This document shows, piece after piece, positions 1 to 10,716 of a stretch of DNA of 64,000 nt. Location: positions 94,302,001-94,366,000 of the forward strand of contig OZ024743.1 in NCBI GenBank assembly GCA_964016885.1, read 5' to 3'. Numbering within the stretch: position 1 is the stretch's first letter; each line of letters starts with the position of its first letter. Made by a program: the position numbers and the translations under genes. The notes beneath the pieces were generated by a model. It saw only the letters and a list, made by a program, of their open reading frames with translations, did no database searches and was not told where the DNA came from. The stretch is from Eledone cirrhosa. Taxonomy: Eukaryota.

Positions 1-3000
1 GTCGCTCTGCGCGCATCTCGGGCAGGTTCGTCTGACAGCACTTCCGTGCCTGTAGAGTTTATCCCGAACCGGCAGCGCCCCCCGGTAGCACTGCCAAGCG
101 AGGGATTTCTGGAAGTTATCCATCGTCCCCGGCTCGAAAGTCCTCCGGAACATACTGGTCAGTTCTACTTCGTTGACGCCCAGAGCCTCTCCTAGTACGT
201 CATCGCACTTGCCCTCCACTAATCCTCTATAGAAATCTTGAGTGGAAGTTCCACTGACCGCATTGCCCACCTTGCAGAGTGCAGTGAGCGCCTGGCAACA
301 TTCCAGATGCCAGTCGCCCAGTCTCGGTCTCTTCTTGACCCAGGACTGCAGCTCAGTCAAAGAGATGAGCTGCGGAAAGGCCCGTCTAACAAACGGCGAC
401 CACACCTGTTCACCGTTTAGGCAAAATATCTGGAGATGTCGCAGCCTCAGCGCATGTCTGCGCATCATTAGCCACGGCATGCCCAGCCCTCCACGAAGAG
501 GGTGCTGGCAGCAGATGGACCGCCTCACCAACGGGACCCGTCCCCTCCACAAAAATTTGAAAAGGAGCCGTTCCAAATTGGCGAGGCGTGGACGGGGGCA
601 AGGCACGACGGTCAGGCGGTAGTAGATGACGGACGCGATGTACGCGTTCGCCACCTCCGCCCGCCCTTTCAGTGATAGCTTTCTCTCAGCCCATTTCTGG
701 GTGAGGTTGGCTATCCTGCTCGTCACCTCGTCCCAATTCTTATCCACCTGGAGGTCTGGTCCGAACCAAACCCCGAGCAACTTTACCGGTCCGTCTGTCC
801 AGCGCCCAACGACGCTGTTGGACGGCATGGACTTGCCTCTCCAGGTGCCGAGCTGCAAGCCCACCGACTTTTCCGGGTTAAGTTTTGCTCCCGTCAACCT
901 TTCATATTCCTCCAAATGGGTGCGGATCACCTCGATTTCCGAGGTGTCCGACACCATCACGGTGATGTCGTCCGCATAAGCGGACGCAGCCTTTCTACGT
1001 CCCGGTTCGAGCGGGATGCCCTGCAACAACTCCAGCTTCCGCAGTAGAGGCTCAAGAGTCAATACGTACAGAAGTGAGGAGAGAGGGCACCCTTGACGGA
1101 CCGATCGAGAGATCTGAAACGGTTCCGAGAGGTGGCCATTAACTTTGACCACCGAGCGGATGCCGCTGTACATTGCAGCGATCCAGCTTCTGAAGACGGG
1201 GCCGAAGCCAGCCGCCTCGAGGACAGCCTCCAAGTACCGATGGTCGACCCTATCGAATGCTTTCGATTGATCTAAATTGATCAGAGCCCCACCGAAGCCA
1301 GGTTTGCACCCAACCCTCTCTATGATGTATCGCATGAGGTGGAGGTTGTCGTGTATGGACCTGGTCGGGATTGCGCAAGTTTGCGCCTCCCCAACCAAAT
1401 CTTTGACGACAAGCGCCAACCTTTTCGCTAACACCTTGGCCAAAATCTTAAACTCTGTGTTGAGCAGGGTTATGGGCCTGAAATTATCTAGTGTGTCCCT
1501 CTTGTTCTCGTCTTTCCTTATCAGCGTCACTACGCCACGGCTCACAGAACTGGGAATGCTCCCGTTCTGCTGCCAGTTGCAGTAGAGCGCTTCGAGGAGA
1601 TCGGAGAACAAGTCTGGCATATTTACGTAAAGCTCGTAGGGCAGACCATCCAAACCGGGTGACTTGCGACTCGAGCAGCCGACAAGGGCGTCCTGAATTT
1701 CGGCTGATGTTATCGGCTCTTCGCAGCGCTCAGCATCGGCCGTCGAGAGGCGTGGCAAGCCGTCGAGGTAGGGACTGAAGTCCGCCGCCGTCTCCGACTC
1801 ACCCATCCTCCCGAACAATCGAGCAAAGTGCTGGCGAAAGGCCTCACACATCTGCTTGGAATCGCTCAGTTCGTGTCCATCTCGATCCGTCAAAGACCGA
1901 ATTGTGGTTTTATTTCCACGCTGCGTCTCTGCAAAGCGAGCCCATCGGGCAGCTTTGGTTCCCTCGTTCCTCAGAGCACGCGCCTTAGCTCTGACAATGC
2001 AACCTTCGTGTTTCGCATTGAAGAAATGGTCTAGTGCCATTCTCGCCGCTAGCACGTCTGTTGCAATGCCACTACAAATAGCCTCGTCTAACTTAGCTAT
2101 CAGCCCCTCCTCCTTTCTATTTTTCTCTATTGCTACTTCTTTGCTAAATCCTATCGAGGTTGCTCTAATCTCTCTTTTGAGTGCCCCCCACCACCTGTTG
2201 TTGACAACCCCCCCTGTCAACTTTTGCTTAACTAAGTTGTTGACCCGGTCCCTGTAAGCTTTACGTGCCGGAAACGACATGTTTAGCTTCCAGTAGCTAG
2301 GTCCTAACCTACGTGTCTTATCTAGGTCGACCATACAGATCACAAGCTTGTGATCTGAATAGGCAACCGTTTTAAAATGTGGACATCCTACACTATTTCT
2401 ATCTCTTTTCCTAATGAAAATCCTATCTATGTACGATCTAGATGACCCTATGCGATTGGTCCAGGTCCATACTGGCGCATTAGGGAAATCTAGTCGGTAC
2501 CTGTCAGACAGTTGAAACTGGCTGATCAGGTACTTGAGGCTTTTGCACCCCCCGCTCCTATCAGATACTCCCACACAATCCCAGCGTGCTTCTAAGATGC
2601 CATTCCAATCCCCTATTAACAGTAAAGGGCGAGACGTAAGCAGAAAGTTTTCCAGGCGCCTAAAGAAGTCCGGCCGACCGGCCCCAGTAGGGGCGTAGAC
2701 GGCCACCAGTCTAAAGGCACCACCTTCGCTATTGCTCACGTCCAGGACCACCAACTTTCCGTCAGGATCCCGGAAGATTGACCTTACCTCGAGATCCAGA
2801 CATTTCCTAAACAGCACAGCCACTCCACCTCCCATTCCCGGCCGACTAACAGATGCAAAGATCTGATAATCGTCGAAAATCGGCGCCAGTGCGCGTGTGT
2901 CGGAAATTCTGGTCTCGCTGATGGCAATTACATCCATTCCTAGTGACCTGAGGTCGTTGAGCAAGTGACCTTGCTTCCAGGGCGACCCCAGGCCACGAAC

Positions 3001-3027
3001 ATTTAAACTTCCTACTCTTATGGCCAT
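1..3027 (-). CDS. LINE ORF2: AP endonuclease + reverse transcriptase + start of C-terminal Zn finger (3' partial, >1009 codons)
   Basis: ATG at 3027 gives MAIRVGSLNVRGLG...DVIAISETR (APE). SAYADD (YADD 978-967) and CPRCAQSD at the window edge are in the same frame. Its absence from the ORF track is consistent with no stop before position 1. Confidence 0.92.
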   Translation of the reverse strand, partial: MAIRVGSLNVRGLGSPWKQGHLLNDLRSLGMDVIAISETRISDTRALAPIFDDYQIFASVSRPGMGGGVAVLFRKCLDLEVRSIFRDPDGKLVVLDVSNSEGGAFRLVAVYAPTGAGRPDFFRRLENFLLTSRPLLLIGDWNGILEARWDCVGVSDRSGGCKSLKYLISQFQLSDRYRLDFPNAPVWTWTNRIGSSRSYIDRIFIRKRDRNSVGCPHFKTVAYSDHKLVICMVDLDKTRRLGPSYWKLNMSFPARKAYRDRVNNLVKQKLTGGVVNNRWWGALKREIRATSIGFSKEVAIEKNRKEEGLIAKLDEAICSGIATDVLAARMALDHFFNAKHEGCIVRAKARALRNEGTKAARWARFAETQRGNKTTIRSLTDRDGHELSDSKQMCEAFRQHFARLFGRMGESETAADFSPYLDGLPRLSTADAERCEEPITSAEIQDALVGCSSRKSPGLDGLPYELYVNMPDLFSDLLEALYCNWQQNGSIPSSVSRGVVTLIRKDENKRDTLDNFRPITLLNTEFKILAKVLAKRLALVVKDLVGEAQTCAIPTRSIHDNLHLMRYIIERVGCKPGFGGALINLDQSKAFDRVDHRYLEAVLEAAGFGPVFRSWIAAMYSGIRSVVKVNGHLSEPFQISRSVRQGCPLSSLLYVLTLEPLLRKLELLQGIPLEPGRRKAASAYADDITVMVSDTSEIEVIRTHLEEYERLTGAKLNPEKSVGLQLGTWRGKSMPSNSVVGRWTDGPVKLLGVWFGPDLQVDKNWDEVTSRIANLTQKWAERKLSLKGRAEVANAYIASVIYYRLTVVPCPRPRLANLERLLFKFLWRGRVPLVRRSICCQHPLRGGLGMPWLMMRRHALRLRHLQIFCLNGEQVWSPFVRRAFPQLISLTELQSWVKKRPRLGDWHLECCQALTALCKVGNAVSGTSTQDFYRGLVEGKCDDVLGEALGVNEVELTSMFRRTFEPGTMDNFQKSLAWQCYRGALPVRDKLYRHGSAVRRTCPRCAQSD

Positions 3028-3056
3028 GCTGGCAGGATGAATGGGAGAGGAAAGGT

Positions 3057-4919
3057 TTACTTACCTTCCGGGGTCTTGTGAAGGTCGGGTGGTTCGACCT
3101 CCATGGTTTGTGGGGTTTCTTTTGGGAACCCCTTTAATAGTCTTGACGTGGGTTTTACGTTCGGGGTTCCCACATCCCGAGGAAAGCTCTTTCGAATTTC
3201 TTTGTATGAAGCGAGCGACATTCGCATCAGAAGCAAATTATCTGGTACGCGAAATGTGCTCGCTTCAAATGTTTCCCCGTCTTTTTCGATGTTTGTGCTT
3301 CGTGCTACATGGGCCATCAATTCCTTGTTGGCCCTTCTGGCAAGCACGAAGTTTTTAATGTTTTGTTGCTCGGGTTTTATTTGTTCGTGTGATTGTGGTG
3401 GTGATAGCTTTGTTAGTGTTGTTTCTATTGTGTCTGCGTTTGTTGTGGGTGGGGTGTCTGTAGTTTCTGATGTTTGTGTGTCTATTTGTTCTTGTGTCTG
3501 TTTAGCTTGTTTGCGTTTGGGGGATTGTGGTGGTTGTGTTGGTGATGCTGTGGGGAAAATGTTTGTGTGGGTGGTGTGTGTATTTTCTTTTGTGGGGGTG
3601 TTTGTGCTTTGTGGATTTCTTTTTTTTTTGTGTTTTGTTTTTTGTATTTTGGGGGACTTTGGTTTTCCCTCATCTTCACTGCTGGAGGATGAGGGGTCTG
3701 TGGCTGTGAGCGTGTTTGTGTCTGAGTGAGTGTTTATGTTCTTGTTCGTGTGTGTATTTTGGGGGGGAGGGGGAATGGGAGAGCTTTCCTCGTTTCCCCC
3801 CTGGGTGTGCAATTTTGGTGGTTCCATTGTTGACGGTGTTGCTGGTGGTCCTTGTCCCGGCGTCGCCAGCAGTGGAATCTTTCGACCCCTTGCGCTTTTC
3901 GGCAGTTGAGGGCAGAAGGCTCGCAAGTGTGTCGTTTCCCCACAAAGGAAACAATGCGGCCTTTTGCCCTCAGTCATTATATGCAACACCCTCCCGTTTT
4001 GGAGGCGGATGTGGTCCGGGATTGTTTTTACGTTTTCGGGTCTGATTTGGAGCAGTATCTCCAGATCAACCCCGGACCAGTCGTCCCTGGCAGTTCTCGT
4101 TGCCTCTACCGGGACTGTATCCGTTCCTTCCACGATTACGCAACCCAGGAGCCACCACATATCAAGTCCTGGTGGAATCCTGGGAATGCGCACACGTGCT
4201 ATTCGTTTTCCCATGTGGGAGGGGTACATTATGACCTTGCTGGTTTTGCAAGGGGTCATTGAATGCTTCACAGCGAGGGCTTCAGACTTGAACAGCACCG
4301 AAACGGTGCCGTATTGCCTGCCCCTCTCTATGAAGTCTGTGTCCTCTCTGATGTATTTCAGTGCGGCTTCTATGTCAGCTTGGGCGATTATCGCTGCCCT
4401 CTTTGTCTCTACTGAGATGCATCTGAAATGCACCGTTCTTTTTTCCACTGCCTCAATGGCTTCTGCCGGGACAGTTAAGTTTGCCCAGGTCTGCTCTTGG
4501 TTTATGATTTTCCAGGCCTGGGCCAACTTTTCCTCTCTGTTGGTTAAGTCGATGCTGTAGCATGGTCTCCTTTTAGCCGCTGCCACAGCAGCGAAAGTGT
4601 TCTTGTTGGTGTTGTCACTGTTGTTGTTCTTGTTGGTGTTGCTGCTGCTATTGCTGTTGTTGTTCTCCCCTGTGTCGTGGTTACCTTCTGTGCTGTTGGC
4701 CTTGTTGGTGCTCTCGCTATTACCACCTTCTGCGCTGTTCGGCTTGTTGGTGTTGGTGTTGTCGTTGTTACCACCTTCCGCGCCGCTCGGCCCGTTGGTG
4801 CTGGCACTGTCGCTGCTCACATTCGTGCTGGTGGCGCTCCTCGCCTCACCTCTCCTCTCAACGCTCAAGTCGCCGTTGCACGACAGCAGACCCGCCTCTA
4901 GGGGGCGTGGCTCCGCCAT
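3057..4919 (-). CDS. LINE ORF1, 620 aa: Asn/Ser-rich N-terminus, CCHC zinc knuckle, Pro/Thr-rich region, basic KKKR patch
   Basis: CFLCGETTHLRAFC matches Cx2Cx4Hx4C. It ends 29 nt upstream of the ORF2 ATG. Confidence 0.9.
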   Translation of the reverse strand: MAEPRPLEAGLLSCNGDLSVERRGEARSATSTNVSSDSASTNGPSGAEGGNNDNTNTNKPNSAEGGNSESTNKANSTEGNHDTGENNNSNSSSNTNKNNNSDNTNKNTFAAVAAAKRRPCYSIDLTNREEKLAQAWKIINQEQTWANLTVPAEAIEAVEKRTVHFRCISVETKRAAIIAQADIEAALKYIREDTDFIERGRQYGTVSVLFKSEALAVKHSMTPCKTSKVIMYPSHMGKRIARVRIPRIPPGLDMWWLLGCVIVEGTDTVPVEATRTARDDWSGVDLEILLQIRPENVKTIPDHIRLQNGRVLHIMTEGKRPHCFLCGETTHLRAFCPQLPKSARGRKIPLLATPGQGPPATPSTMEPPKLHTQGGNEESSPIPPPPQNTHTNKNINTHSDTNTLTATDPSSSSSEDEGKPKSPKIQKTKHKKKRNPQSTNTPTKENTHTTHTNIFPTASPTQPPQSPKRKQAKQTQEQIDTQTSETTDTPPTTNADTIETTLTKLSPPQSHEQIKPEQQNIKNFVLARRANKELMAHVARSTNIEKDGETFEASTFRVPDNLLLMRMSLASYKEIRKSFPRDVGTPNVKPTSRLLKGFPKETPQTMEVEPPDLHKTPEGK

Positions 4920-5128
4920 GTTTTTTTGAGAAAAAAATTATTATTTTTTTCAAAATAAAGTTCAAATATTTGGGCCAAAAGGCCCAAATATTATGAGTTA
5001 TTCCTTCACAGGATACAAATTAATGTCTTATAATGCTTCAGCGGTACAAAAAATAAACAATTCTCTACAATTAATCCTCAAAAATTGCTTACTCACGGAG
5101 CTTCAAAAAACGTACATCCACTTTCGTC

Positions 5129-5160
<32 letters not shown>
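5129..5160. repeat. (AAT)n microsatellite, insertion site of LINE A
   Basis: Directly visible; uninterrupted equivalents at ~23497-23537 and ~40556-40596. Confidence 0.95.
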
Positions 5161-6039
5161 GTACATCACAAGTCTAAACACCTAAAGATACATGTGTATG
5201 TATGTTCTTTCTTGAACATGGCGGACCTTGTTGTCTCTTGAGGTCACTGGTTGTGACTTGGTGATAACTCGTATGAACATAAAGCAAGATAAATGCAACT
5301 ATAATAATATTAATAATAATGTAATGGATCTCTATAAAATTATTGCAAATCTCTCATTTCATTTAAGCTGTCACTGTGATATTGTGACAAAGTATGAACA
5401 TCACAGACTGTCAGTCATCTAAACTTTTTGTGTATGTAAGAGGAATTATCAAACTGAAGTTTGGAACATAACAAGTGAAGGTTTTTTTTTTTAAAGGAAA
5501 ATTTCCAGCAAGGACGCTCCTTCATTTTATATCTACACGCGACTAGAGTATAAAGGTGACGCCCAAACGAGTATCCTCCACTTATAACTAATTTACTCTC
5601 CATCTTTGGGTCCCGGCTGACAAGATGGAGAATACATTTTCCCGGGGGACGGCGAGGGAGACGCGCTGGAATAGCTACACCACCTCGCAGGGCTTGCACC
5701 TGAAAAGTTACTGAGCTATTGCAACAAACTTACTGCAGAACAATTTCGAATATGGTACCTAGAATTAAATGGGGACTGACGTAGTAGAAAATGTGTAAAA
5801 GAGTGGAGGAAGACTACTAGGTTGATTATAAAATTAATAGTCAAGTAATATGAAGCAAGATAGAAGACAGTTGTTGATTTTCCTTCACCCTCTCTGACTG
5901 GGTGTATGATCTATATTGTTGTTCATGGATGTCTGTCAGTTCCAGGACAAGTATTCCAGTTGTTCGATCAACGGAACAGCCTGATCTTGAAATGACATTA
6001 AAAGTATAACTATAAAATAAAAAAAAAGGATAAAGTATT

Positions 6040-6281
6040 TCTGAAGCTCGGGGGCTCACCAAGCCGGAGCTTTTTCCGGTTTCATTGGTGTTAATTCACT
6101 GAGAGTACAAGACTTTCTACTAGACACATTTTCAATACTAGATACTCTCCTAGATCGCATTTTCAGCTGAGTAAACTAGAGCAACGGGAAGTGTTTTGTC
6201 GAAGAATACAACGTGCGCCTGGTCAAGGAATCGAATCGGCAACATTACGATCGTAACTCCAACAGCCTAACCACTCGGCTG
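6040..6281 (-). mobile_element. Decayed tRNA-headed SINE (also at ~24417-24658 and ~41476-41717)
   Basis: Minus strand reads GCAGCCGAGTGGTTAGG (A-box-like) ... GATTCGATTCC (B-box-like). Confidence 0.6.
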
Positions 6282-6447
6282 CTAGGTAGCATTATATGGG
6301 GACTAGCCTCACACTTTACAATTCAATAAAATATATAAAATCTTACTAATCGACTGCCATCAGCTACCGTACTTTTTGATAGTAACATGTTTTAAAGCAG
6401 AATTAATGAACAGAAATGAATTAAGAAAATTTAACAATAAAACTTAC

Positions 6448-6783
6448 CGTATCTTGTTTTAAAAGATTAATGGCACGATGGAAATCATATCTTTCTTTTT
6501 GAGAGAGCATTCTATATTCCTTTCTTACACCCTTTACTTGAATGGCATTTGGGATATTTGTCTTGTTATTAATAGTATCTAATGTATTTGCTGCGTCTGA
6601 CAAATACCAGCCACCAAAGCGTTGGTGTCGAGACAAGTAGGTATTAAAACAGTATCTTTGTGTATTTGCCTCATTATCCTCATTGATTTTTAAATTAGTG
6701 TAGCATTTTTCAAAATTTAGCATTATTTTGGAACAGTTCACACAAACAGAAGACAATATTAATATTAACGCCAAGAACTTCAT
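6448..6783 (-). CDS. Tyrosinase-like gene copy 1, first coding exon (112 codons); downstream exons expected left of the window
   Basis: Acceptor ttgcAG|aaaaccaaaATG. Encodes a MKFLALILILSSVCVNC signal peptide and the VRKEYRMLSQKER..FHRAINLLK tyrosinase entry motif. Donor ACG|GTAAGT. Confidence 0.85.
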
Positions 6784-6818
6784 TTTGGTTTTCTGCAAAG
6801 AAATAAAGAAAAGGTAAG

Positions 6819-6877
<59 letters not shown>

Positions 6878-7583
6878 AAAATTTGTCAGAATATACATAA
6901 CATCTCAATGAAAAGAGATCGCTAAAATAATCTCTGGATTTTGAAACTGCAGTAAGGATAATTTTTTTATCTTTAGGGAAAGATGCTTCTACAGTAATCT
7001 ACCCCTCAGTGATTTTGTATTAGATGTTCTCCCCCCTCTCTCTCTCCCTTTTTCTCTATCTCTCTCTCTCTCTATATATATATATATAGATATTATAGTA
7101 TATATTTTAATAAATATATATATATTATATATATATATATATATATGTTGATATATATATCTGTATTATATATAGAAATGACTTCTACAGGACTAGAGCT
7201 GTTTCATTCGTATGAAATCATAAGGAATGTCCAACGTAATGAGTACCTTTTTTAATATAAGAATCTTACATTAAGTTACTATCTTACCAATCCGGCCCAA
7301 ACCAGCTCTGGTTCTATGAAATAAAGTCACCCATTTTAAAGGTTTCCAATTTAAATTGAAATCTTCCAACATAATTTTATATAAGAACCTTACATTAAGT
7401 TACTATCTTAGTCATGAAATAACTAATTTTCGTAAATCCCTTAAAATTCTTCAATAATTAATTGAAATAAAGTCTATTTCGCTAGAAATGCAGTCATGAA
7501 AGGTAGACAGTGCCCCAGCATGATCGCAGTCAAATTACTGAAACCAGTAACTGTCTAAAAGAATGAAGTCGTTCTTCACTCAC

Positions 7584-7658
7584 CTTTTGGTTGATTGGTT
7601 TCGAATGAAAGCTCGTTTCACGAATGATGTTTCTGTTAAAACACAACTCGTATTTATA
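7584..7658 (-). promoter_or_regulatory. Putative TATA box, Inr and non-coding exon 1 of tyrosinase copy 1
   Basis: TATAAA at 7658-7653, TCATTC Inr about 30 nt downstream (7627-7622), donor AAG|GTGAGT at 7584/7583. Confidence 0.6.
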
Positions 7659-8129
7659 GGGAAGCTGACCCTCGCTTTTCTTGACTTGATCTTCTTATTT
7701 ATTTATTTATTTATTGTTTGATTGATCGGTTATTTCACATTGTCAATCGTGAAACAACGTTGCTTTGTTATTTGTTTGCAAGTCACGTGAACACGTTTCT
7801 GAAGAAGAAGAAGAAATAGGAATAATAATAAAAAATTAAAAATAAAACAAAACCGAATAAATCCCACGGAAAAAATAGGAAAAGAAAGCGAACTACAAAG
7901 GTTCTATTTTTGAACATAGAATATATTAAACAAAAGGAATGTTAATATTTTATTATCTTTCTCTTGATTTAAATAATAAAAATAAAGAAATCATTATTAT
8001 TGTTATTATTATTTTATTACAGAATTTTCAAAACAAGACATGCTTTTCTACACGTGTATATTGTGTTGTAAAGTTGTAGGATTGGAATTTTATTGTCCTC
8101 TCACATGACGAAACACGTGTTATTCTGGA

Positions 8130-8733
8130 AGCGAAACGCAGTGGACCTTCGTCGGTTTCGATTCGACCATGAATCAATGTTACAATTGTTCGATCGACGG
8201 AATAACCTGCTCGTGAAATTAACATACAAGTAGGTGTCTGAGCATTCCACAGACACGTGTATCATTAACATATTTATCAGGTGTGTTGAACCACCGTCGT
8301 TTCTGACAATGAATATTACAGTTGTTCAAAGAAAGGGATAGCCTGCTCATGAAATTAATTAACCAGTAAGTGGCCGAGCACTCCACAGACACGTGTACCT
8401 TTAACATAATTCTTAGATGTGTTGAACCTCCGTCAGTTTCGTTTCGACGACCAGTGTTCCAGTTTTTCAACCAACAGAACAGCCTGCTCGCGAAATTAAC
8501 GAGCAAGTGACTGAGCATTCCTCTGACATCTGTATCCTTAACCTAGTTCTCAAGGAGATTCAGCATGACACAATGTGATAATAATGGCCCTTTAGAATTA
8601 CAGGTACAGCTTATCCGTTATTATAGTGTAGGTGGCTTGGGCGGTGGATTGGCAGAATCGGTAGAGCGTTGGACAACACACTTTGCAGTATATAGTTACG
8701 GCCCTTTACGTTTTGAGTTCAAATCCCGCCGAC
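8130..8733. mobile_element. SINE-derived cluster: ~3 imperfect ~135-140 bp repeats followed by a tRNA-like SINE head (copies at ~26940-27545 and ~43725-44330)
   Basis: Recurrent CCTGCTCGTGAAATTAAC..GAGCAYTCCACAGACACGTGTA; A box TGGCAGAATCGG and B box GAGTTCAAATCC at 8650-8726. Confidence 0.6.
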
Positions 8734-8795
8734 CACATCTAACTTCAACAGCCTGTACAGGTAATGAAAGTGTGTATACATTCTCTGGGGACACC

Positions 8796-8839
<44 letters not shown>

Positions 8840-9013
8840 GACATCTTAGAAATTATCAGGAGAGACTTTCCTGTTGATTCTTTACGAACGAAACTGTTCC
8901 AATCCCGTAGAAGTCATTGCTATAAAAAAATAAAATACCAACGTTTTCAGCACCGTTTTTTAACTGTGGTCACCTCCTGATATTCATCGGAAATCCACTC
9001 ATATATATATATA

Positions 9014-9049
<36 letters not shown>

Positions 9050-9093
9050 CCGTCGAAACGGCTTGAGCTCAGCCGTCGGGGTCCTACTCGTTG

Positions 9094-9145
<52 letters not shown>

Positions 9146-9148
<3 letters not shown>

Positions 9149-9623
9149 CTCCAGTGGGTCCTATCAGAAGCAACCGTCTCCAACTGATCTGGCTGGATCC
9201 CCAAGGGAGACAAACCAAGCTCATGGATGTTATCCATCCATCTTGTTCCGGGTATACCCCTGGGTCTCCTGCCGATTGGTTTTGCTCGTAAAAATCTCTC
9301 CAGCCATTCTAACCACAGGTCCGCAGTATCGGAGCTGTGATCTCTTAATTCGGAGAAGTAACGGCTCTATCTGGAGTGACTCCCCGATCTCCGTGCTCCA
9401 CACTCTGTCGAGTAAAGTTACTCCAAAGACCCTTCAGAGGAACCCCGTTTCGGTCGCCTGTATTCATGATCGTATTCTTTCGGTCACTATCCAAGATTCC
9501 TGACTATAGTTAAGGGTTAGCACGAATACCTAATTGAAGAAAGCAAGTTTGGCTTTTACACCTACATCACTTCTCCTGATTACCGAATGCTGAAGCTGGC
9601 GCATTACTGCACCAGCTCCTGCA
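9146..9623 (-). mobile_element. RTE-clade LINE 3' fragment, decayed (copies 27957-28433 and an internally deleted one at 44651-44952)
   Basis: Translates to LTYSQESW...IQATE.GFL*R..GVTLLDRV...SQLR.CG.V.RM...RPRGRP..RW.D with in-frame stops. Confidence 0.8.
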
Positions 9624-9825
9624 ATTATATAAGTAAATTAGAATTATTGGGGCATATAAGCTACTTTTGTCCATATGAAAGAAAGAAAAACTCAAACGTT
9701 TCCGAAAATTAAAATGGAAATTATTTTTAAAATTTGTTCTTTTTAGGTAAATACTGAAGATTTAATTAAAATTACACAAATAAGGGATTTTATTCTTTTA
9801 TTCTTTTATTTACTTTAGTTATTAG

Positions 9826-9955
9826 ACTGCGGCCATGCTGGTGCGCCGCCGTCATTTAGTCGACCATATCGACTCAATTATTTATTTTCTCAAGTCTGGT
9901 ACTTATTTATCGATCTCGTTTATTTCGAATCGCTAAGTTACGAAACTTAAACACA
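9826..9955 (-). mobile_element. Fragment of an octopod-type SINE (copies ~28636, ~45144, inverted ~56395-56520)
   Basis: GACTGCGGCCATGCTGG..GGTACTTATT..ATCG..CGCTAAGTTACG motif, recognised from cephalopod SINEs. Confidence 0.55.
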
Positions 9956-10015
9956 GGCACAAACGTAAACATAGACATAACCCACGCACACAAACACAAA
10001 TATATAAGAGAGAGA

Positions 10016-10080
<65 letters not shown>

Positions 10081-10081
10081 G

Positions 10082-10119
<38 letters not shown>

Positions 10120-10137
10120 GAGAGAGAGAGAGAGGGA

Positions 10138-10217
<80 letters not shown>

Positions 10218-10716
10218 TTTGCGATGCTGAGACTGAGGTGACTAGAAACACTACTTTATACACATGAAGAAGAGAGTTGGTTTGAAAGGAGGTATAAACC
10301 CTACCACAACTCTAAACGGTTTTGATTTAAGTCAGCAACAAGCCTTTTGAAGAACCCTTGAAAATCTCGAACGCAGAAAATAACTGTGAACACAATTTAG
10401 AAAATCGAATAAGACGGGAAAAGAGGACCAAAACCTGCATCTCTAAAATTTCACCTGAGCCCCTGTAGCATTGAGCTAAACGAACCCTGAAGAGAATTCC
10501 CGTGTAAATACCAGCTTTTTAAATGTGACCACATTTGAAAATAAACAATAGAGAGTCGTGTGAGTTGAAATACTTAAAAATGTAGAAAATACCGAACGTG
10601 GATAATAACTGTGAACACATCTTAGAAAATAAGGTAAAATAATCCTATAGATGGAAAAAAAAAGTGGTCAGCTACAGAAAATCAAATTGTGAACCTCTCA
10701 AATATATATATGTATG

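Larger units (their letters stand above)
1..5128 (-). mobile_element. L1/Tx1-clade non-LTR retrotransposon, 5'-complete, 3' end beyond window start (element A)
   Basis: ORF1 plus ORF2 (APE-RT). The 5' end abuts (AAT)n at 5129. The paralogous empty site CCTATC(AAT)nAAGTACATC is present at ~23491-23543 and ~40550-40602. Confidence 0.93.

Noticed and set aside
238-4929. Plus-strand ORFs over LINE A (and 57465-62315 over LINE B)
   Set aside because: Antisense shadows of GC-rich LINE coding sequence.
8640-8733. tRNA genes (A/B boxes here and at 20662, 23305, 25948)
   Set aside because: The boxes are followed by SINE body sequence and do not form a cloverleaf.
8935-9000. Further hammerhead-like relics (here, ~47195-47250 and ~54945-55005)
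   Set aside because: Core substitutions and poorly paired stems; too degenerate to call by eye.
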